Assembly (NCBI GenBank): GCA_965221955.1
Contig: CBDCTA010000002.1
Span: 32,001-96,000, forward strand
Direction of reading: 5' to 3'
DNA length: 64,000 nucleotides
Source of the DNA: Gammaproteobacteria bacterium
Lineage (GTDB): Bacteria > Pseudomonadota > Gammaproteobacteria > UBA4575
Every line of letters begins with the position of its first letter. Positions within the stretch are counted from its first letter, which is position 1. The position numbers and the translations under genes were made by a program. Shown piece after piece: positions 39,307-49,086 of this stretch. The notes below the pieces were generated by a model. That model saw only the letters and a list, made by a program, of their open reading frames with translations. It was not told the DNA's origin and did no database searches.

Positions 39307-40107
39307 TTATTGCTCATTTTTTGCGACAGAAAGACTTTCTTCAGCTGCTAATATTTTTTCAGCAATATTTTTTGCGCTAATCTCAATAGGTCTTAGATAA
39401 ACTGTCACGCGTCGATCAAAGAAGTTGTTCTCTAAGTTTTCTTCAGGATTTAGTGGTTGGCTTTCGCCATGAGCTAAAGTGATGATGCGATCTTCATTAA
39501 TCCCATGCTGAACTAAAAATTCTTTTACTTGTTGTGCGCGTTTTTTTGACAGCTCCATGTTGTAATTTTCATCACCCATACGATCGGCAAACCCTGCGAC
39601 CTCAAGCTCCATTTGAGGAGTTGTATTCAATGCATGAGCTAAATCAGCTAAATGTTGTTGATATTGTTTCTCGATGAGTGCTGAGTTAGTTCGGAATTGA
39701 ATGTCAAAATTAAGCGTATGGTTTTTGAGTTCTTGGTTTTGAGTGAGTAATTTCTCAATGGTTGTGTGTGCATCATTTAAAATAATGGTTTGCTGTGAAG
39801 AAGTGTCTTCAAGCACTGATATTTTTTCTGATGATTTGTTTAACTTGTCATTTAGCTCATTATTTGCATTCCTTAAATGCTGAGTTTGATTTTCGGCAAC
39901 AACATTTTGGCCAATCAAACTTCCGATAAATGCACCTGTAACGATTCCAACGGGTCCTGCGATGAGACCGCCTACTACAGAACCAGTGCCAAAACCAACG
40001 CCTAGTTCGATATGATTGGCTTGTGTGTTTTCAGTTGAGTTACTTGCGAAAACAGGGGAGAGCAATAAGGAGATTGCAAGAGTAGTTATTAATAAAGTGA
40101 TTTTCAT
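39307..40107 (-). CDS. pdsO: Sortase-associated OmpA-family protein PdsO
   Basis: Glycine zipper GGLIAGPVG, QFRTNS, GFADRMG...NMELSKKRA, FFDRRV. Confidence 0.9.
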   Translation of the reverse strand: MKITLLITTLAISLLLSPVFASNSTENTQANHIELGVGFGTGSVVGGLIAGPVGIVTGAFIGSLIGQNVVAENQTQHLRNANNELNDKLNKSSEKISVLEDTSSQQTIILNDAHTTIEKLLTQNQELKNHTLNFDIQFRTNSALIEKQYQQHLADLAHALNTTPQMELEVAGFADRMGDENYNMELSKKRAQQVKEFLVQHGINEDRIITLAHGESQPLNPEENLENNFFDRRVTVYLRPIEISAKNIAEKILAAEESLSVAKNEQ

Positions 40108-40294
40108 ACTAGCCTCATGTGTAAGTTACGTCGAGGCTATTAAATAAAACTTATATGACGCTTTTGGGAGCTAAAATGGGCGATTTGCTGTTTAAATATG
40201 GCAACAAAAAGGCAATCATCCTCGAAACCTGGTTTTAAAGAGATTATTCCGTATAGTTTTAACTACAGATAAATCCAAATAAATAAGAAGTACT

Positions 40295-40987
40295 ATGAGT
40301 CACCGCGTTGCAGTTGTAGAAGATGAATTTGCACTGAGAGAGAATTATGCAGATGTGCTGCGCAAACAGGGTTACGCTGTGCAAACATTTGCTAACCGTA
40401 AAGACGCCATGGTTGTATTTGAACAACGTCTACCGGATTTAGCGATCATTGATATTGGTTTGGAGGATGAAGTTGACGGTGGGTTTACCTTATGCCGTTC
40501 ACTTCGTGCAATGTCTGAGACTTTGCCCATTATATTTTTAACTGCGCGTGATAGCGATGTAGACACGGTTAGCGGTTTGCGTATTGGAGCAGATGATTAT
40601 CTGACCAAAGATATTAGCCTCCCACACTTGCTCGCACGTATTGCCGCATTGTTTCGTCGTCTAGAGGCTATGCAGAATCCTGCAACGAGTGAAGCCGAGT
40701 TACAGCAAGGTGATCTTAGTATGGATGCGCAGCGTATGATTGCAAAGTGGAAGGATAAAAATGTAGATTTAACTGTAACCGAGTTTTGGATGGTGCATGC
40801 ATTGGCTAAATACACAGGTCATGTAAAAAACCGCCAACAACTGATGCAAGAATCACAAATGGTCGTAGATGACAGCACAATCACATCTCATATAAAACGT
40901 ATTCGTAAAAAGTTTATACTAATAGATCCCAAATTTGATTGTATTGATACAGTATATGGTATGGGCTACCGATGGAATGTTAGTTAG
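40295..40987 (+). CDS. pdsR: PDS response regulator PdsR (OmpR family)
   Basis: LPDLAIIDIGL.DE.DGGF, LTVTEFW, VVDDSTITSHIKRIRKKF, TVYGMGYRW. Confidence 0.93.
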   Translation: MSHRVAVVEDEFALRENYADVLRKQGYAVQTFANRKDAMVVFEQRLPDLAIIDIGLEDEVDGGFTLCRSLRAMSETLPIIFLTARDSDVDTVSGLRIGADDYLTKDISLPHLLARIAALFRRLEAMQNPATSEAELQQGDLSMDAQRMIAKWKDKNVDLTVTEFWMVHALAKYTGHVKNRQQLMQESQMVVDDSTITSHIKRIRKKFILIDPKFDCIDTVYGMGYRWNVS

Positions 40988-41113
40988 AAACTCTGATTTG
41001 TTTTTATACTTCGTTAAAAAATATCTTAAAATACTCATGTATTATCAAGTACATTCCGTTTTCTTTATATTTTTTGCTTTGTCTAAATACAAATCAGAGC
41101 TTCTTTGACAATC

Positions 41114-43315
41114 ATGAAAATTTTAAAGCCACGCATCGGCTTACGCTTAAAGCTGGTTTTTCTATCTAGTTTTTTATTTGCGATTCCTTGGTTGGGATAC
41201 AAATATGTATGGGAAATGGAAAAATATCTGCGTAAGGGGCAAGAGCAAACATTAGTAGGAACAGTAAGTGCAGCTGCTACAGCTTTGCACGAGAGGCCTA
41301 ACCTATTCAATTCTCAAGCAAGCTTTTTGAGCGATGTGCGTAAAGGCAGAGATTTATATGCTATTGAGGTTTCAACGCCAATTCAATTAGATGGCGATTT
41401 ACAAGAATGGCAAGAGTTTCAATATCAACCTCAATTTTATGGGGACGATTATGTAATTGATGATAAGGAACATTACCAGCCTAAATCACTTAGCTTCAAT
41501 CATATGGTAGTTAAGTTCGAAAATTATTTATATGTAATGTTCGAGGTCATTGATGATTACATTGTATATAGAAATGCAAATTCTTTTAGTGTGCATCGAA
41601 ATGACAATCTACATATAGCATTTCTCGATAAAGAAAATCAATTTCAACGTTACATCATTTCAAATGATTCTCCTGGATGGGTAAATGCATATTTAACCAA
41701 GCCAGAAGAAGGCAGTGTTTACCCTTTGTATCACGAAAGTAAAATTCAAGGTAACTGGAAAGAAACCCCGCATGGTTATAATGTCGAAATCCGTATCCCT
41801 TTAGAGATGATCGGTAACAAATTAGGTTTTGCCATTTATGATGTGGATAATGTGCGTACTCGTAAAGTCAATAATATTGTTGGCACTTCTAATACACAAC
41901 GTTCTGATCAACTAGGGACGGTATTAGTACCTTCTCCTGAAATTGAACAAATTTTAAAAGGCTTAGCCCGTTCAAACTCAAGAATTTGGGTGATTGATAG
42001 TCATCGTCGAGTCTTGGCAAGAATTGGAGACATTCGTTCTGCTTCTGGAGTGATAGAAGGTTCAGAGTCTTATAAAGGTGTGTCAATATCATGGTTGCAA
42101 CAATTCGAAGAAAAGTTCCTACATCCACTTTACTATCAATTACTGACCCGTCCACCACAAGATTTCATTGATGAGTTAGAAGAGGCTACTGAACTTGCAG
42201 GTTCACAAATTGATGCTGCTATACAAGGGCAAGTAGAGTCATCATGGTACTTAACACCTGATAAAAAAGCAGTCGTACTATCTGCTGCACATCCTATTTG
42301 GGTGGATGAAAAAGTGATGGGTGTTGTGATTGCAGAAGAAACGACTAATGGAATTCGTACAATTCGAAATAAAGCGTTGGAAAAGTTATTTACAATAATT
42401 TTAGCAGTGATGTTGCTCAGCACACTTGCTTTATTTTTATTTGCATCTCGAATTTCATTTCGAATACGTAAATTACGCTCACAAGCAGAACAAGCCATTG
42501 ATGAGCATGGCAGAATTCACACGAAGTTTAAGGGTTCAAACGTACAAGATGAAATCGGTGATTTATCGAGAAGTTTTTCCAATATTGTAAGTAGATTAGG
42601 ACAATATAATAACTACTTAGAAAATATGACATCACGTCTTTCGCATGAATTTCGAACTCCTGTAACCGTTGTACGTTCATCACTTGATAACTTATCAATG
42701 CTCGAACATAACGAAGAGGCAAAAGTTTATATGGAGCGTGCGCAAGAGGGGGTCAGGCGTTTAAATACAATTCTGACTAATATGAGTGAAGCAACAAGAT
42801 TGGAGCATTCGTTACAGTCTAGTGATAAGGAAAAATTTAATCTGACAGAACTTGTTAAAGGATGTGTTGAAGGGTACCGAACAGCTTATAGTGAAAATGT
42901 ATTTGAATCGGATATATGCAATATCGATTTACAAGTTAATGGTGTGCCTGAAAATATCGCACAGTTGATTGACAAAGTAGTTGCTAATGCCGTGGAATTT
43001 AGTCGTCAAAGTGATGCAATAAAAATTAAACTTAACAAAGATATGGGGCAAGCGAAGTTAACCATAGAAAACAAGGGCCCTTTGCTAACGGGCGAAATGC
43101 AAGACAGATTGTTTGAGTCTATGGTTTCAGTACGTGAACAAAGCCAGAAAAAACAGACTGGTAAAAAAGAAACTCATTTGGGTATAGGTTTATATATAGC
43201 ACGCCTCATAGCAGAATTTCACCAAGGGCATATCACAATTGAAAACAATATAGACCAATCTGGCGTGATTGCATCTATTTGGTTGCCGGTAGTATCTCTA
43301 GAAAAGAAGGCCTGA
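41114..43315 (+). CDS. pdsS: PDS sensor histidine kinase PdsS
   Basis: PWLGYKYVWEMEKYLR.GQ, HAMP DEIGDLSRSF, H-box SRLSHEFRTP, HLGIGLY. Confidence 0.92.
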   Translation: MKILKPRIGLRLKLVFLSSFLFAIPWLGYKYVWEMEKYLRKGQEQTLVGTVSAAATALHERPNLFNSQASFLSDVRKGRDLYAIEVSTPIQLDGDLQEWQEFQYQPQFYGDDYVIDDKEHYQPKSLSFNHMVVKFENYLYVMFEVIDDYIVYRNANSFSVHRNDNLHIAFLDKENQFQRYIISNDSPGWVNAYLTKPEEGSVYPLYHESKIQGNWKETPHGYNVEIRIPLEMIGNKLGFAIYDVDNVRTRKVNNIVGTSNTQRSDQLGTVLVPSPEIEQILKGLARSNSRIWVIDSHRRVLARIGDIRSASGVIEGSESYKGVSISWLQQFEEKFLHPLYYQLLTRPPQDFIDELEEATELAGSQIDAAIQGQVESSWYLTPDKKAVVLSAAHPIWVDEKVMGVVIAEETTNGIRTIRNKALEKLFTIILAVMLLSTLALFLFASRISFRIRKLRSQAEQAIDEHGRIHTKFKGSNVQDEIGDLSRSFSNIVSRLGQYNNYLENMTSRLSHEFRTPVTVVRSSLDNLSMLEHNEEAKVYMERAQEGVRRLNTILTNMSEATRLEHSLQSSDKEKFNLTELVKGCVEGYRTAYSENVFESDICNIDLQVNGVPENIAQLIDKVVANAVEFSRQSDAIKIKLNKDMGQAKLTIENKGPLLTGEMQDRLFESMVSVREQSQKKQTGKKETHLGIGLYIARLIAEFHQGHITIENNIDQSGVIASIWLPVVSLEKKA

Positions 43316-43317
43316 TC

Positions 43318-43710
43318 ATGCGTATTTCAATATTAATAATACTCAGTATAAGTTTACTTTCTTGCACAACATTGGCAGTTAATAAGACTGAAAAACAGGT
43401 TGTTCATGTTGTTTTAATTTGGTTGAAAGCTCCAGGAAACGAACAACATATTGAGAGAATTATAAATACAACTCATCAACTGAAAGAAATTGAAGAGATA
43501 AAGCAACTTCGAATAGGAAAATCAATTTCTAGTAATAGAAAAATTGTAGATGATAGTTTTGATATTGGTTTATATATGATTTTCGATAGTAATGAAGCTA
43601 TGCAAAATTATCTTATACACCCTATACATAAACATGCAGTAAGAACTATTATAAAGCCATTGGCAGTTAAAATAAGAGTGCATGATTTTAATGCTGTAAT
43701 TAAACAGTAA
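43318..43710 (+). CDS. Dabb (stress-responsive A/B barrel) family lipoprotein
   Basis: Lipobox LLSC; HVVLIWLK, VDDSFD, YLIHPIH. Confidence 0.8.
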   Translation: MRISILIILSISLLSCTTLAVNKTEKQVVHVVLIWLKAPGNEQHIERIINTTHQLKEIEEIKQLRIGKSISSNRKIVDDSFDIGLYMIFDSNEAMQNYLIHPIHKHAVRTIIKPLAVKIRVHDFNAVIKQ

Positions 43711-43737
43711 TTTATGTGAAAATTTGCATACGAAATT

Positions 43738-44151
43738 ATGTTGTACTTTTTATCTATGTATCTACTGAAGTTTTTCCAAAAACTCTTAATAGTATTGTTG
43801 TTGCTTTTTCTCGGAGGCTATAACTATAGCCATGGGCGCTGGAATACAGGAGAGACTTTAATTAATCATTGCAATGCCACATTAAAACTTCAAGATATCA
43901 ATAATCCAACACCACAAGATCATGCAAAATCGGTTGCCTGCTTAAGTTATTTAGAAGGTGTCAAGCAACTACTATACAAACATGAATCTTTCACTCGAGA
44001 AAGAAATATCTGTTTTCCAGAGGTAGGAATCAGCAATGGCCAGGCTGCCAGGATAGTCGTTAATTATTTAAATGAATATCCTGAAAAACTACAGGAGCAC
44101 AAGTTGGATCTTGTGCTTGAATCATTTACAAATGCGTTCCCTTGTAATTGA
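43738..44151 (+). CDS. Rap1a/Tai-family immunity-like protein
   Basis: TG..L...C, CLSYLEGV, ICFP, VVNYLNEYPE, AFPC. Confidence 0.75.
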   Translation: MLYFLSMYLLKFFQKLLIVLLLLFLGGYNYSHGRWNTGETLINHCNATLKLQDINNPTPQDHAKSVACLSYLEGVKQLLYKHESFTRERNICFPEVGISNGQAARIVVNYLNEYPEKLQEHKLDLVLESFTNAFPCN

Positions 44152-44319
44152 AATAATTATTTTAATTACTTTTTTATTCTCTATAGATGATTACCCGCTT
44201 TGGTCATAAGCGGATATTTTTTTGAAAATATCGCGTCATCCCTGACGCGTCTCATATTAATATGCCGCTCCCAACATCCTGTCCTCAGCTTTTTGCGTGT
44301 CGTCTATATTTAAGCTTGC

Positions 44320-44703
44320 TTAGGTGCGTTTAGGCATTAAAATCCATAAAATAATTGCGACAGCAAACAGGGCAGGAACATCGCCAAATAAGTTTGCATG
44401 TTCATGTCCACCTTCACTGGTAATCGCTTGGTATGCCATGATGCCACCATGCGCAATGCTTGACCAAACTGTAAACCATAATAAACTTCTATGTTCGCTA
44501 GGGTTTTTTGCTGCAAGAATTAAGAAGACGCCAAGTGTCGCATAGATAATAATGATCATCTCTTCATATTCGCTTTGTCTTGGAGTCCATCCCCAACTTT
44601 CAGGTGCAATGATGTTCATCATTGGGTATATTCCAATAATAAAAAATATTCCGGTAATAATTAAAAATATTTTTAGTAATTTAGATTTACTATCTTCTAC
44701 CAT
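44320..44703 (-). CDS. Small membrane protein (DUF6632-like)
   Basis: WGW.P, IYATLGVFL, HRSLLWFTVWSS.AHGGIM, LFGDVPAL. Confidence 0.65.
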   Translation of the reverse strand: MVEDSKSKLLKIFLIITGIFFIIGIYPMMNIIAPESWGWTPRQSEYEEMIIIIYATLGVFLILAAKNPSEHRSLLWFTVWSSIAHGGIMAYQAITSEGGHEHANLFGDVPALFAVAIILWILMPKRT

Positions 44704-44998
44704 GACTTTCTCCTTAACACGTCGTTATAATTATAATTTATTAGATGAGGCTATAAGTTAAATTATAAAAAATATTCACTTATTGGAGCTCACTTCCTTA
44801 TTATAGACCTAAGAAACCTGCTTGTGAAAAATAATGAATACATATCTAATTTATTTGATTCTATGCGAAAATTTGATTAATTAGAGGGTGAAAAGTTAAT
44901 AGATGACGCTATAGTTTCAGGGTTTTTCAGTGATATGAGCATTCATATCGAAATGATAGGATAATTATAACGATAAATTCAAAATATAAGGATTAAGA

Positions 44999-45538
44999 AT
45001 GAAGCCAGCATTGATTCTTGTTGATATACAAAATGATTATTTCCCTGGTGGAAAGATGGAGCTGGTAAATATGGATATCGCTAGTTCAAATGCACGACTG
45101 TTATTAGATAAATTTCGTGACCAAAATTTAAAAACCTACCATATTCAACACACATTTTTAGATTCTAGTGCAGGTTTCTTTATTGAAAATACGGAAGGTA
45201 TTGAGATACACGGAAGTGTGGACCCTTTGAGAGGGGAAACAGTAATCCATAAGAATTACCCAAATAGTTTTCGAGAAACCGACTTGTTAGATCAGCTAAA
45301 AGAAAATGGAATTACCGATTTGGTAATTTGTGGTGCGATGAGTCATATGTGTATAGAAGCAACAACGCGTGCCGCGGCAGATTATGGGTTTAAATGTGTG
45401 GTTGTGCAAGATGCTTGTGCCACGCGTGATGTCGATTTTCAAGGTAAAGAAGTTTCAGCTACTGATGTGCACAATGCATCCATGTCTGCATTAGCATTCG
45501 CATACGCAAGTGTCGTTAATTTAAATGATATAATATAA
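44999..45538 (+). CDS. Isochorismatase-family cysteine hydrolase
   Basis: ALILVDIQNDYFPGG, KNYPNSF, GAMSHMCI. Confidence 0.92.
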   Translation: MKPALILVDIQNDYFPGGKMELVNMDIASSNARLLLDKFRDQNLKTYHIQHTFLDSSAGFFIENTEGIEIHGSVDPLRGETVIHKNYPNSFRETDLLDQLKENGITDLVICGAMSHMCIEATTRAAADYGFKCVVVQDACATRDVDFQGKEVSATDVHNASMSALAFAYASVVNLNDII

Positions 45539-45612
45539 ATAAAATTACTATTAACTCTTCATCAATTACAACAGCATTATTTAAAATAGTATTTTGGATA
45601 ACTGCAGTATTC

Positions 45613-45954
45613 ATGAGCTTGAGTTTGACCTCACTCGTTGAACTACAAACAGCAACATTTATAGATCGTCTGGATCTATTCCTTTCAATATTCGCCACAT
45701 TGGGTTTATTTGGGATGGCGTACTCTACGAGAATTTTTACCAATGTGTTTTGGCGTTATTTTTTTTATTTTGGAGTGATTGAAACCTTTTTATATTCAAT
45801 TGTTTTGCCTTGGGTAGGGTACGAGCGCTATGGGAAGCCATTTGTTTTTAGTGGTCTTTATGTGTTTGAGATCATATATGCTGTAATATTGCTTTATGTT
45901 ATATATTTATATGCATATCGGACATCATCAATTTGGATAGATGAGAAAATTTAA
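45613..45954 (+). CDS. Hypothetical membrane protein (start uncertain)
   Basis: Three hydrophobic segments. Confidence 0.55.
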   Translation: MSLSLTSLVELQTATFIDRLDLFLSIFATLGLFGMAYSTRIFTNVFWRYFFYFGVIETFLYSIVLPWVGYERYGKPFVFSGLYVFEIIYAVILLYVIYLYAYRTSSIWIDEKI

Positions 45955-46005
45955 AATTTAGAATTAATATTTTTACATTACTCAATTTGAAAAGGCATAA
46001 ATGAG

Positions 46006-47268
46006 GTGAACCGCGCAGAGCGAAGACGTCTTATAAAAGAAAGCCGCAAACAAAAAGTGGTACCGCCACAACTGCGTGAAAAGTTTTTGACAAATGCAGT
46101 TCAGGAACTTCAGCAAGGCAATCTCGAACAGGCAGATAAATTATTTAAGAAACTGATAACATCTAACCCAGATGATCCAAATGCGCTACATTTTGGCGGC
46201 ATTACGAAATATCAATTAGGTTCATATAATGAGTCGCTTGAACTTCTAAATCATGCAGTGCAAATGGCACCTAACTATGCTGAGGCGCATAACAGTCAAG
46301 GAATAGTATTACTTGAACAACGTGAATTTGAAAAAGCACGTGATAGTTTTGAGAAAGCAGTACATTTAAAGAATGATTATTCGAACGCACACGCAAATCT
46401 TGGTAGTGCGTTAAAAGGTTTAGGTAAGTTGGAAGAAGCATGTACTGCTTATAATATTGCATTACAGATAGATCCAAATAACAGGGAAGCAGCATATAAT
46501 CTTGCAGCAACATTGTTGGCTAATGATGATCCTGTAGCAGCACTAGAAATAGCAAATAACTGTTTAGCGCTTGATCCCTATTGTCAAAATGCGAGTGCGT
46601 ATAAAGCTATTGCACTATCGCAACTTCAACGGTCCGATGACTGGGGTGTTCTATATAACTTTGATGAACTGATTCATAAAGTATATCTCGAAATTCCAAA
46701 AGGATATGATTCATTAGAGTCTTTCAATTTGAAACTTGAAAAAGATGTCCGTAATCATTCAACGTTAACTTGGGAACCATTAGAACGTGTCACTACTGGT
46801 GGTGCAGTTACAAAAGATATATTGCTAAAACCTACAAAAGCTATTCAGGCTTTTGAAAAAATGTTGCGTAATGCAATTGACAGCTATAGAGACAGTCTTC
46901 CATTTGATGATAATCACCCTTTTTATTCTCGTATACCAAAAAAATATCACCTTACTTTAATTGCATCTATCCTAAAAGAAAAAGGCAAGCATCCACCACA
47001 TATACATGAATCATCTTGGTTGAGTGGGTGTTATTATGTGCGCATTCCATCTGCGGTAAATAGTGCATCTGAAAAACGTGAAGGATGGTTGGAGTTTGGG
47101 AGACCAGACTATGAACTGCCAAACGATTTTTCTCCTGATGTTACAGCTGTAAAGCCTGAAGAAGGTGCAGCTCTTTTTTTTCCTTCATACTTTTTTCATG
47201 GAACAATTCCTTTTACAGGAGCTGAGGAAAGAATTGGGATAGCCTTTGACGTTTATCCACTAGAATGA
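46006..47268 (+). CDS. TPR protein with C-terminal putative 2OG-Fe(II) oxygenase domain
   Basis: TPR repeats (PNYAEAHN..G); HPPHIH..SWLSGCYYV, FFPSYFFHGT, RIGIAFD. Confidence 0.85.
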   Translation: MNRAERRRLIKESRKQKVVPPQLREKFLTNAVQELQQGNLEQADKLFKKLITSNPDDPNALHFGGITKYQLGSYNESLELLNHAVQMAPNYAEAHNSQGIVLLEQREFEKARDSFEKAVHLKNDYSNAHANLGSALKGLGKLEEACTAYNIALQIDPNNREAAYNLAATLLANDDPVAALEIANNCLALDPYCQNASAYKAIALSQLQRSDDWGVLYNFDELIHKVYLEIPKGYDSLESFNLKLEKDVRNHSTLTWEPLERVTTGGAVTKDILLKPTKAIQAFEKMLRNAIDSYRDSLPFDDNHPFYSRIPKKYHLTLIASILKEKGKHPPHIHESSWLSGCYYVRIPSAVNSASEKREGWLEFGRPDYELPNDFSPDVTAVKPEEGAALFFPSYFFHGTIPFTGAEERIGIAFDVYPLE

Positions 47269-47570
47269 AATCCGTAATTTTAGTAGTCGCAATAGCAACA
47301 CTACATTTTTTTGTTGGGTTATGGTTGTTTACTAAATCTTTTAGTCATGCTTTTTCTGTTTTTGATACAGGTCGAGAGCTTACATTAATAGAGCGAATTA
47401 ACTATTATTTAGTCGAAATATTGTTTTTCCCAATAGTATCCCTTGTTGAAGCAACAAATTATGAAGGAACAAATATTATTGCCCAATATTTACCATTCAT
47501 ATTAAATAGTGTGCTATGGGGGATATTAATTGCATTTTCTTGGAATAAAATTTCTCGTGCATATAAATAA
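47265..47570 (+). CDS. Hypothetical membrane protein
   Basis: Hydrophobic; ATGA overlap with the previous gene. Confidence 0.6.
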   Translation: MKSVILVVAIATLHFFVGLWLFTKSFSHAFSVFDTGRELTLIERINYYLVEILFFPIVSLVEATNYEGTNIIAQYLPFILNSVLWGILIAFSWNKISRAYK

Positions 47571-47584
47571 GTTTGGGGGCTTTT

Positions 47585-48092
47585 ATGAAACTTCAATATA
47601 AGAAAAATAAATTAAATATTGTATTTCCTGTCGTTCTGCTGTTTTCCTGTCTAGGGCTATCGGAACTTTGCATCCAGAGACATTCATGGTTGAGTAAGAA
47701 GCCATTGTCAATGCTCCAGCAAAAGCCGTTTGAGCATTCATTAGAGTTTTTCATGTTTTAGATAGGTGGCATTTAGCTGTGACAGAAACTACTTTAATGG
47801 GGACAGGTAAAAATATAGGTGTTTAACATTAGATAATGGTCAGCATGTTATAGAAAGACTTGAAATCTATGATGAAGCGGCAATGTCATTTCAATATGAA
47901 ATTATGAAATCACCCTTTCCGATTGAAGATTATCATGCGGAGATAACCGTAAAGAGTGTTGAGGGGAATAAAGCAGAAGTAATATGGCGATCAAATTTTA
48001 TGGCTGTCGATGCTAGTGATGAAGAGGTAAAAGATATTATAAGAGGTATATATGTTGCAGGCTTGGATTCATTAGTAGCATTATATAAATAA
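47585..48092 (+). pseudogene. Degraded SRPBCC (MxaD-like) gene
   Basis: Pieces IVNAPAKAV*AFI...RWH, LTLDNGQHVIERLE, FQYEI..SPFPI.DYHAEI, IYVAGL, with in-frame TGA at the conserved Trp plus frameshifts. Confidence 0.7.
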
Positions 48093-48117
48093 ATATTAAT
48101 GATTAAGGAGGTGTTCT

Positions 48118-48483
48118 ATGAGCGCATCAGACCATTTGGGATTATATGCACAAGGTTGGGCAACAGGCGATGCTGATCTAGTTTTACAAGCAATTACGAA
48201 TGATTACGTATTAGATGACCCTAATACAGGAAAAATTTCAAAAGATAAATTCCAGGATTATCTAAGCGAAATGAAAGAAACTGTAAAATCACTTCGTGAC
48301 GGAGATTTGCCTGATCCATTTATGGAAATAACGGAAGTACTTACATCAGAAGAAAATGATGTAACAACAGCTTGGTGCGCATGGTCCATACCTGGCACGC
48401 CCGTTAAAGGTGCAGGGCTTATAAAAGTAAATTCATCAGGAGTTTTTTCAGAAATATTAACCTATTATACGTCGCTAGCTTAA
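48118..48483 (+). CDS. SnoaL/NTF2-like protein
   Basis: YAQGWATGDAD..L....DYVLDDP; RBS AGGAGG. Confidence 0.7.
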   Translation: MSASDHLGLYAQGWATGDADLVLQAITNDYVLDDPNTGKISKDKFQDYLSEMKETVKSLRDGDLPDPFMEITEVLTSEENDVTTAWCAWSIPGTPVKGAGLIKVNSSGVFSEILTYYTSLA

Positions 48484-48498
48484 GCGTTATATAAAGTT

Positions 48499-48942
48499 AT
48501 GTTACTGCGTGAAGCTGTATTAGAAGATATTCCAAATTTATGTGAGCTATTAAATTACTTATTTGACCAAGAAGAAGAGTTTAAACCTAATGACAAAATT
48601 CAAAGCGAAGGACTAAAAAGAATAATTTCTCAATCTGATGTTGGTGAAATCATCGTAGCTCAAGAGTCGACTAAAATAGTAGGCATGGTTAATATTTTAT
48701 ACACAATTTCAACTGCACTTGGTGGTCGTGTTGCTATACTCGAAGATATGATCGTAGCTCCAAAAGTACGTGGGAAGGGTGTAGGCTCTAAACTTGTGAA
48801 TTTTTCTCTTGATTTAGCCAAACAAAAAGGCTGTAAGCGTATTACATTACTTACCGATCACGATAATGATGGTGCACATAGATTTTATGAGCGGCATGGT
48901 TTTATTCGTTCTTCTATGGTGGTTTTTCGAAAGTCTATTTGA
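48499..48942 (+). CDS. GNAT acetyltransferase
   Basis: LEDMIV...RGKGVGS, NDGAHRFYERHGF. Confidence 0.92.
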   Translation: MLLREAVLEDIPNLCELLNYLFDQEEEFKPNDKIQSEGLKRIISQSDVGEIIVAQESTKIVGMVNILYTISTALGGRVAILEDMIVAPKVRGKGVGSKLVNFSLDLAKQKGCKRITLLTDHDNDGAHRFYERHGFIRSSMVVFRKSI

Positions 48943-49086
48943 AGATTATGGTTGTATCTCGCTATATATCTACTAAATACGCATAGGACCTTGTTTTGCC
49001 AATCTAATTAATTGTTAAATTCAAATTATTTTTAAGTATAATGGCTTTTGTCTCAATAAAATAACTACAATAAATTGGAGGCAAAG

